Part shown: piece by piece, positions 36,640 to 37,370 of the stretch
How positions within the stretch are numbered: position 1 is the first letter of the stretch
Layout: every line of letters begins with the position of its first letter
From: Treponema sp.
GTDB lineage: Bacteria > Spirochaetota > Spirochaetia > Treponematales > Breznakiellaceae
Length of the DNA stretch: 37,370 nucleotides
Assembly: GCA_031276685.1 (NCBI GenBank)
Contig: JAISMQ010000071.1
Location: 1-37,370, forward strand
Direction of reading: 5' to 3'
Translations under genes and position numbers: made by a program
Notes under the pieces: model-generated
Seen by the model: only the letters and a program-made list of their open reading frames with translations
What the model was told of the DNA's origin: nothing
The model's database searches: none

Positions 36640-37370
36640 ATGAAAAATAGCATTGCGTTCTTTCGCTTTGTTTTTATGGGGATTTTTGTACTTTTTTGCC
36701 TTGGGGGCTGCGATTCAATAAAAGGCAACGGGAATATAATAATCACGGAAGAAACCCTGCCCGCCTTTGACAAAATATATATAAACCAGCGGGGAAGCCG
36801 CCTTACCGGCACAATGGGAAAGGGCATAATACGCTTCCATTCCGATCCCGGGTACCGCGCCGTTGTCACCGTCGATTCAAATATCAGCCAATATGTCAAA
36901 CTCGAATCCAGGGGCAACACGCTGAGAATAGAAACACTGCGAAAAATATCGACCGATTATACGGTCGATGTATACGCGCCTTCCCTGTCAGACCTTACGA
37001 TAAACGGCATGGGGCATGTTAAGTTGATCGACACAATGACCGTGCCTTCGTTCAGAATGGATGTTTCAGGATACGGCAAGCTGGAAGGGACCATAGAGTG
37101 CGATAAATTTTCCACTAAAATTGCCGGGGCCGGCGAAATAAAAATTGCGGGAACCGGCGAGGAAGCGGACATAAATGTTTTTGGCGCGGGTACTTTTGAA
37201 GGGAGGGAATTCAAAATCGGCAAGGCGCATATCAGCATTGAAGGGGCCGGTAACGTAAAAACGTGGGTTGTGGACACCTTAAAGGCCGAAATCTCCGGGG
37301 TTGGCAACATAAAATACCGGGGGGATCCTAAAATAGAGTTTTCCCGGGGCGGCCTGGGGAACCTGAGCAG
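36640..37370 (+). CDS. GIN-domain (DUF2807) lipoprotein, 3' end cut by window edge; absent from the ORF track
   Basis: My own translation is open to the window end. It begins MKNSIAFFRFVFMGIFVLFCLGGC (signal peptide plus lipobox). Repetitive beta-strand units of GIN/DUF2807 proteins follow (V.V.G.G.L.G....F...I.G.G.I.I.G). SD AAGGAG lies 8 nt upstream. The two antisense track ORFs here are artefacts. Confidence 0.8.
   Translation, partial: MKNSIAFFRFVFMGIFVLFCLGGCDSIKGNGNIIITEETLPAFDKIYINQRGSRLTGTMGKGIIRFHSDPGYRAVVTVDSNISQYVKLESRGNTLRIETLRKISTDYTVDVYAPSLSDLTINGMGHVKLIDTMTVPSFRMDVSGYGKLEGTIECDKFSTKIAGAGEIKIAGTGEEADINVFGAGTFEGREFKIGKAHISIEGAGNVKTWVVDTLKAEISGVGNIKYRGDPKIEFSRGGLGNLS

Overview
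GC-rich, densely packed chromosomal segment from an anaerobic bacterium. The gene content resembles a CO2-reducing acetogen, possibly a spirochete, but taxonomy cannot be settled without a database search. All functions are called from motifs I recognise in the translated ORFs; no similarity search was run.

Left to right:
- A 5'-truncated gene fusing a sensory-type [FeFe]-hydrogenase domain to an MCP signalling domain, followed by a PduO/EutT-like cobalamin adenosyltransferase.
- A CUT1 sugar ABC operon on the minus strand (binding protein and two permeases, no ATPase).
- A PaaI thioesterase, then rpoN-hpf and a DinB-family gene.
- A methyl-branch Wood-Ljungdahl locus. An acsE-like methyltransferase lies divergent from a tight metF-etfB-etfA-fhs-fdhC-folD operon.
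- pyrB-pyrI-pyrF-pyrK-pyrD on the minus strand, with an attenuator-like leader.
- An FMN riboswitch with terminator controlling a BMP-family (Rfu-type, riboflavin) ABC operon.
- A malic enzyme with a translationally coupled AT-richer lipoprotein gene, then ychJ, an SGNH hydrolase and uraA-thrC.
- The rpmH-rnpA-yidD-yidC-jag cluster, extended by one exported hypothetical protein.
- A roughly 690-bp gene-free structured region, then a 3'-truncated AT-rich GIN/DUF2807 lipoprotein gene that is missing from the ORF track.

Many ORF-track starts are too long. I re-set them using Shine-Dalgarno sites, family N-termini and recurrent GTGA stop/start overlaps. I saw no tRNA, rRNA, CRISPR array or mobile element.

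The most interesting candidates are an Etf-coupled, possibly electron-bifurcating methylene-THF reductase module and a soluble hydrogenase-like H2 chemoreceptor.
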